From contig NW_027117355.1 in the NCBI RefSeq assembly GCF_038025025.1, positions 62,001 to 126,000 on the forward strand: DNA of 64,000 bases. Reading direction: 5' to 3'. Positions 11,609 through 23,750 of this stretch are shown here, piece by piece. The position numbers and the translations under genes were made by a program. The notes beneath the pieces were generated by a model. The model worked only from the letters and a program-made list of their open reading frames with translations. It was not told the origin of the DNA and did no database searches. Each line of letters opens with the position of its first letter. The stretch's first letter is position 1. This stretch comes from Phyllosticta citribraziliensis. Lineage: Eukaryota.

Positions 11609-14600
11609 ATGGAGGTTGGGGTCCATGGTCCTTTGTCTCGCTCTCATACCGCTTCGATCCAGTCTTCGCATTCCCGCCTCCACAGCTCGGGCGGCCCCAC
11701 GCCCCTCATGCCCAACTCAAACCATGCCAGCTTCTCGACCTTTTCCTCGAGGGCCTCGGATTCGTCCCAAGGCACTTCGGCCTCGACTCTTTTCGCTGCG
11801 CAACCTCCCCCGCCGCTGCCCACCCACGGTCCTCTGAACGGAGGTCCCGTCGAGGCCGCCAACAACGTCCTGAACAAGCGCGGCGACAAAGAAGCTTCGC
11901 TCTTCGTCATTTGCCAGACTCTCTCGCGTCGCCTGCGCAACGTGCCTGGCTTCGAAGAGGTCTTGCTCGAGGAGGAGCGCTCCGCCGACGAGGACACCGA
12001 CCCCGTCACGCTGCTGTGGAGGACATTCCGGAGGGGTTATCCCTTGATGATCATCTACAATGCCCTCGAGCCCCCCGTCAAGCTCGAGGTCGACAAGACA
12101 AAAGTCTCGGAGAAAAAACGAGAACAGGCTGCCACCTACAAGTTTCTGTCGGCTTGCATCAACCAGCTCAAGTTCCCGTCCGAGGAGTGTTTCGTCATCA
12201 GCGACCTATACAGCGATGACACGACCGGCTTCGTCAAGGTAGGTTCTAGCGCGCGCATGCGCATTCCTCTCCCGCTTCCTTGGCTGACTGCGCTGCAGGT
12301 TGTCAAAGTTGTCAACCGTGTTCTCGATCTTCTCGTCCAAAAAGGTTTAATCAACGACGCCCCGGTCGACGATGGCTCCTCCGATCCCGCACCCTCCAAC
12401 ATCAAACGCACCCAGCGCCAGCACATTGTCGACGAGTTGGTCAAGACCGAACGCACCTATGTCCAACACCTCGAACTGCTGCAGGCATTCAAGAAGCTGG
12501 TCGAAGAAAAGGGCGTCGTGACTGGTGACGCTGTGCACTCCATTTTCCTCAACCTCAACGCGCTGCTCGACTTTCAGCGCCGTTTCTTGATCCGCGTAGA
12601 GCAGACAAATGCGCAGCCCGAATCGGAGCAAAACTGGGGTCGACTTTTTGTTCTCTACAAGGATGCATTCAAGGTCTACGAGCCGTTTATTGCAAACCAG
12701 AAGCGATGCGAAGAAACGGCCATGATGGAATTTGAAAAGTTGAAGGAAACTGGTGGCCCTTCAGAGCTGCGTCAGATGGTCGAGTCACCAACGCACCTAA
12801 CTTCATTTCTTCTCAAGCCTTTCCAACGTCTCTCCAAATACCCGTTGCTCCTCAAGGTACGTGCGCTTCACGTTTGTCGGAGACAATGCTAACGAGTACA
12901 GGAACTTCGAGACAAGGGCGACTTGGACGAAGAACGACGTGACGACATTTCTTCTGGTATTGACGCTGCGTCTGCTGTTCTTAAGAGGACCAACGAAGCC
13001 GTGGACATGGAAGATCGCAAAGAAGCACTCGAGGAGCTCAAGAGCCGCGTCGAAGACTGGAAAGGGCACCGCATCGAAGGATTCGGTGATTTGCTCCTCT
13101 ATGGCACCTTTACAGTCTTAAAGGGAGACGGCGGCTCCAAGGATCAAGAGCGCGAGGTGAGTACCCAATCCCGCCTTGAGACCACCGTGCTAAAACCGCG
13201 ACAGTACAAAATCTACCTGTTTGAAATGATTCTTCTTTGCTGCAAGGAGATCAACCCAAACAAGCAAAAGAACAAATTGATGAGCAAGGGGCAGCTGTAC
13301 GATAAAAGAGGCAAGCCAAAATTGCAACTCAAAGGCCGCATCTTCATGCAAAACGTTACCGACGCCATCTCTACTTCGAAGCCAGGTGCGTACCGGTTGG
13401 TTGTTTTTCTCGTGTTTTGCTGACGTGTCATAGGATCGTACACTTGCCAAATTTTCTGGAAGGGCGACCCTGGCATCGAAAACTTTGTCATCCGCTTCGC
13501 AACGGAAGATGCACTTAAGAAGTGGGTTTCCCAAGTGGACCAGCAGCGCCGGCAGTTTAGAGACACGACCCAAAGGGCAAGCGGCAGTACCAAACAGTCG
13601 ACCACTTCAGCAACAGAGTTTACCTACATTCGAGATCTTCGAGACCAGGGCCCGATTGAGAATCCGTACGCCGAAACCGACGACGATGACGAGGTTGACG
13701 TCGCCGAGGTCACGAGCGGCTATCCCGGACAGACCGACTTTACTCTGGCTCAAGGCGAAAAGGGTACGCGGTCACGATCAACGACTGGCGAGAGTGGCGT
13801 CAACCCGCTCGACACGTCTCGGCCGCCGGATTTGCGCAACATGCCCCCGCGATTCCCTCACGGTTCCATGCAGAATCCGCCTCTGAGCCTCCGCACGCAA
13901 CAACTGCAAGCTGGCGCCATATCTCCTGGCAATGGCCCGAATGACTCGTACTTTTCTCCCAGCATCGAATCGCCCATTTCCACGCGCACCAGCTCCTCGT
14001 CCGGCATGTTTCCATTTCCAAGGCAGCACATGTCCAACGGCTGGCACGGAGACGACAATGTGCGGTTCACCGCTCCTGCCATGGGCCGGCATACGTCTCG
14101 CGACGCTTCCAGTGGGTCTCACATTTACTCCAACGGCCGTGGTCCCGTAGGCCGACCTTCGGTTGCTCCGACAGTTTCGCAGAACGCCATAAACTCACAA
14201 ATCCGGCTTCGTTCAGCTAGTAGTCCAGATATTCACAACCACCTCCCGACACGACGCACCCCTGGCGGATCCGTTCCAGACGTCCCTCCTTTCCCCAGCC
14301 ACTACGCCTATGGTCCTGGCCACGTGAATCGCAGCCAGAGCAACTCGCCCAACATTCCCACGCCCACGTCCATGCCCCGCCAGAGCTCGCCCAACATCCA
14401 AAGAGAAAAGCAAGCGCTCCGCACGCCCGGATCCGAGATCAACCTGCACCTAGACTACCCTGATAGTTCTCGACAGGATTCTCGCTTCACGCCAGGTTCG
14501 TCCAGGACTGCCACGCCAGCTTCTTCGTTTGAACAGCAGCGAACAGCTACTCCAGGTACAGATCGACCGCACTCTCCGACCGCCTCCGCCGCCACGCCGA

Positions 14601-14911
14601 CCGAAGTTTCGATTCCGTCCCAACTTAAAGTCAAGGTCCACTGCCCGTCGGCGGGGTCCACGATGACGCTGGTCGTCAGCACCAACATCAGCTTCCAGAG
14701 CCTCAAAGACCGCATTGACGCCAAATTGCAACGCAGCACTAACGTCAGCCTGAGCTCCGGACAAGTCAAGCTCAAGTATATTGACGACGACGACTACGTT
14801 AGCATCCAGTCGGACGAGGACGTTCAGATGGCGTTTGAGACGTGGAAGGAGCAGCAGCGCGACCAGCTGCTCGCAGGTCAAATGGGTGAGATTGAACTCT
14901 TCTGCCAATGA
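11609..14911 (+). CDS. cdc24: Cdc24/Scd1 Rho GEF (CH, DH, PH and PB1 domains)
   Basis: Introns 12239-12298, 12857-12901, 13157-13204 and 13386-13433 join the ORFs in frame. DH motifs ELVKTERTYVQHLE and KPFQRLSKYPLLL, PH region LQLKGRIFM, PB1 region KLKYIDDDDYVSIQSDEDV. Confidence 0.95.
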
Positions 14912-15762
14912 GCCCCGACGACATTGGCTTTTCGGAATGATGACCATCGCTGCACGCTTTGCGCCTCCTCTTCTCAAGGCGCCTGTTTTTTCCCCGGCGT
15001 CAGTGTTTTTATGGCGGGGGTAAATTTTGATTTTTCTTTCTTTCTTTCTCTTTTTTTTACGTCATGTCTGTGGCGTTCTTTTCTGATTCACGAGGGAAGC
15101 GGCGCGACACGGGGACTTATGGGTTTTTTTTCCTGGGTGTGTCCGTTTTCTTTTTCTTCGCCTTTTTTTTTTTTTTTCATTACGTTCTCTTTGTTTACCC
15201 CGCTGCGGGTCTGGACAACCAACCAAGGAGTGAGAGGCAGAGAAGGGAGGGGGGGGGGGGGGCGTGGGTGTCACTTATCAAGTTTTTCTTTGTCTTCCCG
15301 CCATCTAACGCCTGCTGGGAGAAGAGAAAGAGCAAGGGCGAGAGCGAGAGCGAGCGAGAGAAAGAGAGCGAAAGAGGCAGAGAGTGAGAGGAAATGATCA
15401 AAGCAGCAATCGTTTTTTAGCATCTTAGTGGTCGTTGGTGGTGGAGCAGACAGCCTACCAGCCAACCAGCTACACGGCCAATCAGCCAGCCAGACCTGCG
15501 AGACTTGCGTGCGCGGCGTTAAATTCAAATCAAACGCGACGATGACAATCACGACGAGTTTTCTTTCGCCCCCACGTTGACTGTGGTGCGGTGAGTGAGT
15601 GACGGTGTGGAAATGCCCTGGGCCGTCGTGGTGAGAAAAAAACAGCGGCCATGCGTGCAGTCCAAAGTATGAAACGGGGGAGGGAGACTGGAACACACAT
15701 GGCACACAGAGAGAGATATCTCAGATTCTTGACTTTCCTGCTGCCACTGCTGCCTCCACCAT

Positions 15763-15763
<1 letters not shown>

Positions 15764-15815
<52 letters not shown>
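15764..15815. repeat. (ATC)~16 microsatellite
   Basis: Read directly from the sequence. Confidence 0.95.
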
Positions 15816-16073
15816 CTGCTATTGGATCGCTGTTATCGCTGGTCGCTGCCGCCTTCACCTTATTTTTCTCTGGCTGCTCTGTCGCCGTGGTGTTTCCTTC
15901 CACCATCCCTTTCTTTTCTTTGTCCTTTCTTTCTTCTTCTTGTCGTGTCTGTCTATCTGTCTGTCTTCTGCGCTCAGCCAGTCAAGACTCCCGTGCGTTT
16001 GTCGTGGACGGCGGGGGGGTTTCTTCATCGTCGGTCAGTTGGTTAAACACTTGGTTATTTTTTTTATTTTTTT

Positions 16074-16553
16074 GGGGATTATATTCTCAATCCACACAAT
16101 ATTATACCACCCCGCTCACCATCCACCCTCATAAACCAAATACACCCTCCCTATATCTAGTCTTGATTGCGATTATTGTTTGCAAGTTCTCTTGTAATCA
16201 CTGCCAAAACCACCACCACTGCCACCACCACCGCCGCCACCAACGCACTCCCACTAAGTTATTCAAGGCTCTATTACCGCGCTCTAGAAACGGACCTTAG
16301 GAGTACCTTAAAAGATAGGGGCAAGGTGGTAAAAAGGTGGTGATATAGCGGGCGACAAGGTGATGGTAGTATTGATGAGGTTAATAAGGTCATATAAAAC
16401 ACTAGGAGGCAGATTATGACATGAGAGAATGGTGAAAATTTTACTACTCACGGGCCCCCTTGCTTTTATAATTCATGGGAGGGTGGATTCAGTTTAAGAG
16501 TGTGGATGGTGAACAATCAGGAGGGCGGGAGGGTGGATTGAGATTGTGTCCCC
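16074..16553 (-). mobile_element. Non-autonomous TIR element (MITE-like), copy 2, inverted relative to copy 1
   Basis: 480 bp. The reverse complement of its right end matches the left ~170 bp of copy 1, and its left end matches the right end of copy 1. T-rich flanks. Confidence 0.85.
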
Positions 16554-16755
16554 TTTTCTTTTTTCTTCTTTGCGGACAAGATGGGATGTGATGGTATAGG
16601 ATAGGAGAGCGCGTTCCAGCATTTACTCGTTTTCTCTGCGGCTTTTTCGTCCTGTTCTGACGGGATTTCTCTTGATGAATGGGGCTGTCTTAAATTTAGA
16701 GGGTATTCCAGTTCCATCCCCTTTCATCTCCCCCACCCCCTTTTCACCCCCGCCC

Positions 16756-18262
16756 TCACAACGTCGCCGCAGCCCCATTGGCGCCGTTGACAGCCGCGCC
16801 TTTCCCCTTCTCCTTTTTCTTGCCCAAAACCTGCTCCACGAGCGCGCGCCCGTAGTCGCCGCGGTTCGGCAGGCGGTTGATGGTGTGGATGTGACAGCGC
16901 GCGGGACTGGAGTTTGTGAGGAAGACTGGGGTTACGGTTAGTCAAAGAAAGGGAGAAGAAGAAAGAAAGGGACGACATACTACCGCAGTGGAAATCAAAC
17001 TCGCAAAAGGCGACGGGGCTGTGGATGCGGAAGTAGTACGGGTCGTCGTCGCCGTGGGGGCCGATCCAGGCGAAATACGTCTCGTCGAGGTGCTGTTTGA
17101 AGGTGTCGACGCGCCGCTCGAGGACCGGGGCCGGGTAGTACTCGTTGAAGGCGCGGTAGAGGGCGAGGAGCTGGTCTTGCTGCGCGGGAGGGAGCGCGGC
17201 GTAGGGTATGCCTTCTGCGGGGGTTGTCACAGGGTGAGCTGAGGATAGGGGTTTGGGCAAGGGGGCGGACAGGGGGTGCTACGCACCAAACGGCAGCACG
17301 CGATTGTCCTGCCTCGCGCCGCCGAGATGGCGCTCGTCGAACGGGTTCCAGCGCTCCGGGCCCAGGCTCTCCTGTCCCATGCCCGCGCTCAGCCGCGCGC
17401 GCGCCTGCTCCGCCGGCCCCAGACTCTGCATCAGCTTGAGGCTCTCCATCTCCTCGGTGTGGAAGAGGCGCAGCCCCGCGTGCGGGCCCTCGTCGATGCG
17501 GTCCGGCTCCGCGCCCATGAACGACGGGCCGATGACCATGCGCCGGCCGCTGAAGACGACACAGAGGCACAGGTGGTGCCCAAAGAAGGTGAAGCCCCAC
17601 GGCTCGCTGGGCGCGGTGCTCGCGCGGCCATCCTTCCCGCTGAAGAAGCGGAAGTTGTACGAGTCCTCGTTGAGCACTTTGCGCCCGTTGACCAGGTGGC
17701 CCAGGAACCCGTTGGTCAGGCAGCAGCCCAGCACTTTGTCGTAGCCGGCCGGGCTCAAGCTGGCACGCAGCAGCGCGTGCACGGCGTCGCGCACGCCGCC
17801 GCTCACCTCGTCCAGCCGCAGCCCGCCCGGGTTGACGTACAGCTCCGGGTTGCTCCACAGGCGGATGGCGTCGTCCTCGACACTAGCATACACAGTGCGG
17901 GATCTCTCCTCGTCGCTCAGCTGCCCCAGCAGCGCGTTGGCCGCCGCCGTCGCCGCCTCCACCGGCGCCCCTTCGTCGTCGCTGTACGCCCCGTCCCACA
18001 CCGCGTCGCGCACCACGCCGTCGGTCGTGAAGCCCGCGTACGGCTTCTCGAGATTTTGCGCTTCGAGCCGCGTTATCAGCCATGCCGGCGCGGGGATCTT
18101 GCGCCGACTGTCGGTCCACGAGAGGGCGTCGCAGTCCTGGATTCCGGCAACTTTGGGGTGCATGGGCGGCGGGATGATTTCGCGGAAGGGCACGGCGGCG
18201 TCGCTGCGCGGGCGCGAGGGGTCGCTGGTTTGGATGTAGCCGCTATCTTTTGGAGCAGCCAT
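16756..18262 (-). CDS. DUF3500 family protein
   Basis: ATG 18262 (MAAPKDSG). Introns 17215-17286 and 16926-16980. Motifs WSNPELY..GLRL, FFGHHL, YFAWIG, YYFRIHSP..EFDFH and HIHT..RLPNRGDYG. TGA at 16756-16758. Confidence 0.85.
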
Positions 18263-18927
18263 GGCGGGCGTGATGGAGAGTCGTAAGGCAGAAGACGCAG
18301 AGAAAAAGAGGAACAAGACGAATTGAGGAAATTGAACAGGAATTGAATCAAAAGTCGACGTGCGTGTATAAGTGGTCCAACATCAAAGAACCTAGGACTG
18401 TAGAACAGAGCATTAAATCCGAAAGATGGGTCGACAGCAACGTCGGCAGCGCAGAGCGGGACTCCTGGTCAAGTAGCGCGCGAGGCATGACGTGACGGGA
18501 AAGCGGATCCCGCCAGAGCAGCAGCAGCGGACGCGATGCCGTTCGATTCGAGTGGCGGCATCAGAAGTTGGGGCCGACAGAGGGAGGTGGTTGAGTTTGG
18601 GTTACCTGTGTAGGTTGGTTGTGAGAGCACGGAAGTCCCGAGACGCGAATCCGCGGGGCAGCCAGGCGGGGAAGTGGGTTCGGTTCGGTTGCGCGGCTCC
18701 ACCCGATGCCTCTCGTCTGAACCAGTGGCACGACTCCAATCCGTCAGCATTCGACAGCTCGGACTTGCCGCTGAGCGCCGAGGCCTCGGATTTAGACCTT
18801 GGTTCATTTGATTCGGTGCTTTGGATCAGCATCCAGCACGTGGTTGGGGCACTGATTTGGTCAGTTCTTTAATACCTCTTCGACCCATGCCCGCTTCAAA
18901 CTCTCCTCAGGAGTATGAGGTGACAAC

Positions 18928-19387
18928 ATGGCGCCCCTCGGACCGTACAAGCTCGTCACGGTCAACTCTGTCCCAGAGCGAGCCAAGCGGCTCGTCGGGC
19001 GCGTCTGCGAAGACGTCAAAGACCGATATCTGATTGAGCACGCCGGGAATGCCGACGGTGAGCGCTGGCCCAGGAACCACTGGGAAACAAAATGCTGACG
19101 GCTTCAGACATTTCCCAAGTCGAGGCCGTGGTAAGGCAGGTACAGCCAGACTTGCTGGTGAGTTTCTCCCGTCAGAACGACCGATGATGGCCGCTGATGC
19201 CGCCGCCCAGTTTACCGCGTCAATGTGGACGCCGCAGCAGAGCCAAGAGGCGCAAGAAGTGGCCAAGAGAATCGTCCCAGGGATCAAGACGTTTGCGCTA
19301 CCGCAGGGCTTGCAGGCCGATCAGGGTCCTGACGCCGTCGTCGAATTTATCAAAGACCATTTGCCAGCGCTGATTGAAGGGCGTTGA
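18928..19387 (+). CDS. Conserved fungal hypothetical protein, 118 aa, divergent from DUF3500
   Basis: Introns 19058-19107 and 19158-19210 give MAPLGPYKLVTVNSVPERAKRLVGRV...DLLFTASMWTP...ALPQGLQADQGPDAVVEFIK. The ORF track does not recover it intact. Confidence 0.8.
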
Positions 19388-19979
19388 ACTGCAAACTCAG
19401 GTTCGGTGATGGGTTCTGGGGGCATCTAAGCATCTGTGTGTCGAGGAGGATGACAGGGAGCATTCATGCCTTATCCCCTTGCACCGAGGAGTGTTGGACT
19501 GCAAATTCAAGTTCCGTGACGGGCTCTGGGAGCATTCAAGCATGTGTGTGTCGAGGAGGACAAAAGGGAGCATTCATGCCTTTCCCCCCCACACTTTTTC
19601 TTTTTGCTGCGTGGGTTTTAGGTTTGTTGATGGGCACCACCACACGAGTCAGAACAGACTAGAAAAGGAAAAATGCTGATTTTGAAAGAGTAATTGACAC
19701 GAGTACTCCCCCTAGGCACACGAAGAAAAGAGCTCCGGGCCAATGCAACATGGCTGCAAGTTGCAAATGCAAATGCTGCTGCGTGCGTCCCACCAACGCC
19801 AGCCAGGCCAGGCCAGGCCTTTTGCTTGCCCTCCGTCCATCACCCACCGCCGCGCGCCACAAGACGCCTTTGCCCCCCATTCGAGCCGATGCATGCGCAA
19901 AAATGTTCTGGTATCCAGCGAATCGAAGACGAAAAGGAAACGAAGAAGGAAAAAGGAAAAGGGAAATGGTGGTGGGCAG

Positions 19980-21436
19980 CTAAAAGTCGCCCCCTATCAT
20001 CCAGTACGCCCCAAACAGCGTCAGGCCGACCACGGTGATGGTCAAAATGGACGCGCCAGCCTTGTCGCCAGTGGTGATGGGCTTGCTCGTGTCGTACGAG
20101 CCGTCGGAGCTACTCGAGCTACTGCCGGCATTGGGATCCGATTTACTCGTTCCTCCAGTCTTGAGAGTGAAGGGAGCGTCCAAATCAGCCAGGTCCACCA
20201 TGACGGCTCCGACGGCTTGCAACGCAGACATTTGCTGGCCAATGCCCATGGAGCCGTCCCAAGTCGTCGAGTTCCATTCGACACCGCACGTGTTTCCTGC
20301 CGACTTGCCCGAGCCAGAGCACTGCCCGGCGGCTCCTTGGCCTGAAGCCCGGATCCTGGTGTAAATGTCTTCGTAAAAGTCGGGCACCATTTGCGCAGTC
20401 AAGACCAGCCAGCGAGTGAGGTAGGCCTTGAAAGACAGCTGATCCTGGTCGCAAGTTCCATACGGTTCGCAGGTGATTTCAATCATAATGTTTGGTCCCA
20501 TGTGAGCCGGGTAAAACGTAGACCAGGTCGTGTTGAGCAAGTCGCCGACGCGCACCTTCCACTTGGCATCCTCCGTGTAGTTGTACATCATAGCTGCGCC
20601 AAGGATGAAGGTTCCGTAGTTGTAGGTCCACTGCTTGTGGTCTGCGTTGCTGCAGTTGCTCATGGTGCTGGTGCCGTCGTTGATGGTCCACGTTTCGGCG
20701 TTGAACAGGACGGTTCCTTCGGCCCATTGCCACGTCTTTTCGGCCCAGTCGGCATATGTCTGGTTGGCGGTGTAACGGGCGAGGCGGGCCGACAGCTGGA
20801 AGAAACCGCCGTTGGAAATGGTGTTTTTGTAGTCGTAACCTCCGTTGAAGGTGAAGATTCTGGATCCGGTCAGCCAGGGGCGAAATGTTCAGGAACGAGT
20901 CGGACATACTGCCAGCGAAGACCACCGCCGCACGTCGAAGAGTCCCAGCGTGCGGCCTGCTCGTTGAAGACGGCCTGGGCCTGGCCGACCCATGAAGCGT
21001 GGCTCTCGTCCGGGTCGGAGAATTTGAGCTCGGCAGCGGTCATTGCGGCGAAGGCCCAGAAGAGTTGGTCGTCGTTGCCCTCGCTCTTGGTCTGGTTGGC
21101 AGGCATAAAGTCATTGTCTTCTCCGACCTGGTGCAGAATGGCCTGCTTGGTTTCGTTGAGGTATGTTTCGTCGCCCGTGTAGTACCAGTACTCGACCATG
21201 CTCATGAAGAAGGCGCCAGCCTCCCACCAGTAGTAAGGCGCGGGCAGGTTGCCGGGGACATCGCCAGTGTTGTTTCCCGTGTAGTAGACCATCATGCCGT
21301 AGGCGACCTGGGCGGCGGCCTCTCTGACCGAGTCGGCCGAGGTGATGTCGATTTCGACGGCGGCGGCGAAGAGGGCATTGTTGAAAAGGAGCGACAGTAT
21401 CCCGAGGATACCAAGGGGAGAGCGAGGGAACTTCAT
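19980..21436 (-). CDS. GH76 endo-alpha-1,6-mannanase, DCW1/DFG5 family, probably GPI-anchored
   Basis: Signal peptide MKFPRSPLGILG..., PYYWWEAG, catalytic GNDDQ, CGGGLRWQ/IF across intron 20860-20909, then a Ser-rich linker and hydrophobic C-terminus. Confidence 0.95.
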
Positions 21437-23750
21437 GGTCGAACGAGGGACGTGGTCATGGAGATGGGCCACGGAGGGCGGAGAGTGAGCATGATGAACT
21501 GAGTTGCCCTTTCTCGCCTCCCGTCTGGGGGCACAGCCTCACATCAGGGAGTGTTACTGGAATCGTCATCCGAAATTGACGCGTCAGGGAGTGTCGGTGC
21601 GCTTGCAGAGTGGGTCACACGGTGAAGGACGCGCCAGAAGGGGTCGGCCGGCGGCAATCGCACCAGGCGACTGCGGGGGTCCCGGCGAGGATGCTCTGGG
21701 GGCCGGCGAGCGAGTGTCCAGCCGAGAATCCATCGTGGTAGAGGCCATAAAACGCAGGGTCGGGGGGAATGATGCTGGTGATGGGGGGCCACGAAGGCTC
21801 GACGTGAGGCGGACTCACTGCCCAATGCGGACTAGCGCGCAGCAATCCTCAACACCACGCCAAGCCATCGTCATTGCGCAGCCCGCTGCGTGTGCGCTGC
21901 AATCCTTCTCCAGCACCACAAACGCTGGCCACTCGACTCAAGCCTCCAGGATATTTTCGCTCATCGTTCTTCAGCTCATCGACGGCATACAAAGGCGTTC
22001 TCCGACGCGCGGCCCCCAGCCTTTGTTTTTCAGCCAAGGCCCCTCATCCGTCGCCGTCGCACCGCTCTCGACATTCTTCGACGGCCGACACGCTGCCTCT
22101 GCATCCTCCTTGCTGCAGCGGCCTCCGTATTCTGCATCTCCACAACAATGACCGCCCGTATAACCCTGCCTCCTATCCGTATTTCAATTCTGGCCCCTTC
22201 TCGCCCCAACGTATCACGCCGCGCATGACTCGAGCCCGCCTGGGCAGGGCTGAATTTTGTCAAAACGCTCCGCGGCCAAGCACTCTTCTCATCTCTTGTG
22301 CCGTTTGCTTCAGGAGTTCAAGCATCGTCCCCTCTGGCTCGGTAGCTTGGAAGACAAGCTTAAATCGGCTCGCCGCACGATCCCCGCGTTTGCGCTTGGT
22401 CGACTCCGACCGCCAGGTCACCATGCGGCGGCCCCCACGCCCATCGCGTCTTCCCCTCGCAAACATTAATTTCGTTCGCCAGCACAAATGCTGCTGCCTC
22501 GCTGAGTCTTTCCGCCGTTCTTGAAACCTTTGTGACTGACTTGTTTACGTGCGAGGCTGTGTCGCTCTCCTTTCCGGGCGTCGAATTGCGACTGCGTCCA
22601 TCTCTGATATTTTCGGACCACCCGCACACCCTATTTTATGGGTTCGCCTCCCCCCGTAATTCTGGAAGCGCAGATCTCACAATGACGCCTGGTTTCACAT
22701 GGCAACACCATCTTCCCATACAAGCAACGACGGGCGAAGTTTGGAAAATCCTTGACGTTGGCGTCGCCTGCCCACGGTATGACGACAGAACAAGAGTTGC
22801 CTGATTTGCAGGAGCCCATCTCGGCGCGCAAATCCTCATGGCGCTATCTTGGTCTTGCAGTCTTGTCTCTCGCGAGCTTGGCTTTTGTCTCTTGGCCGCG
22901 ATTCTACGATGTCGCTTCATAAATCATTAGTTTTGCTCCCAACATTCACCCACCAAGCTCTTTTCTTCCCCGCATCCGTCGAACAACGGACGCGGCGTTA
23001 CGATTCAAGCAACGAGCGGCTTGATGGCCTGAACGCCTAAATGCAGCCCTATTGGCCGCCGAATCGCCGAGCAACCATCCGAGCCCTGGTAGCAAAAGCC
23101 ATAGCAAAAAGTAGGCAGAGGCAGAAGCCAGGCGAACTGAGTGCATTTAAACCCCACAACAGGACCACGGATTGGAAGCATCAAAACTCTTCAGCAGAAT
23201 GCACACAAGCGTCATTAAAGGCCGCGTTACTAAGCAAGAACATTTTGCGCACGAGATTGCAAGTCAGACCTGCGCCTGGCATTCATTCTTCTTGCGGCAA
23301 TAATAGCACGCCAAAACATGCCACAGGGCTCGATGTCTTTCTGAGCATTTGGCACCTTGGTTGCGTCCAGGGAGCATTCATTCACGATGGCAGGTAGATT
23401 TAGGGAGTATTATTTCTTTTGGCACCATGGCGCAACTATTCTAGACCACCCAGATGCTCCTAGCACATCGAGTAGAAAAAGAAGACGCCATTCCTGTTTT
23501 TGAATTCGCGGCCGCGCTTCATGCTGTAACGTTCATTTGATTAGAGCCCCAGCTCGACCTCACCACCCTTCCCGAACTATTTCGGCCGTCGTGCCATGCA
23601 CACTGCGCATCTTCGCCAACGTCAGAAAGACGAACAAAGCAGCCCACCTATACCCAATGTCGAGCTCGAGATTGAAGCGGACAATTAAACAAGTATTTCA
23701 GACGGCTGTGAGATACACACTCAGCCACGGTTGGACGGCAGGTTGGTTGG

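Noticed and set aside
15721..15906. Poly-Met ORF
   Set aside because: Translation artefact of the (ATC)n microsatellite.
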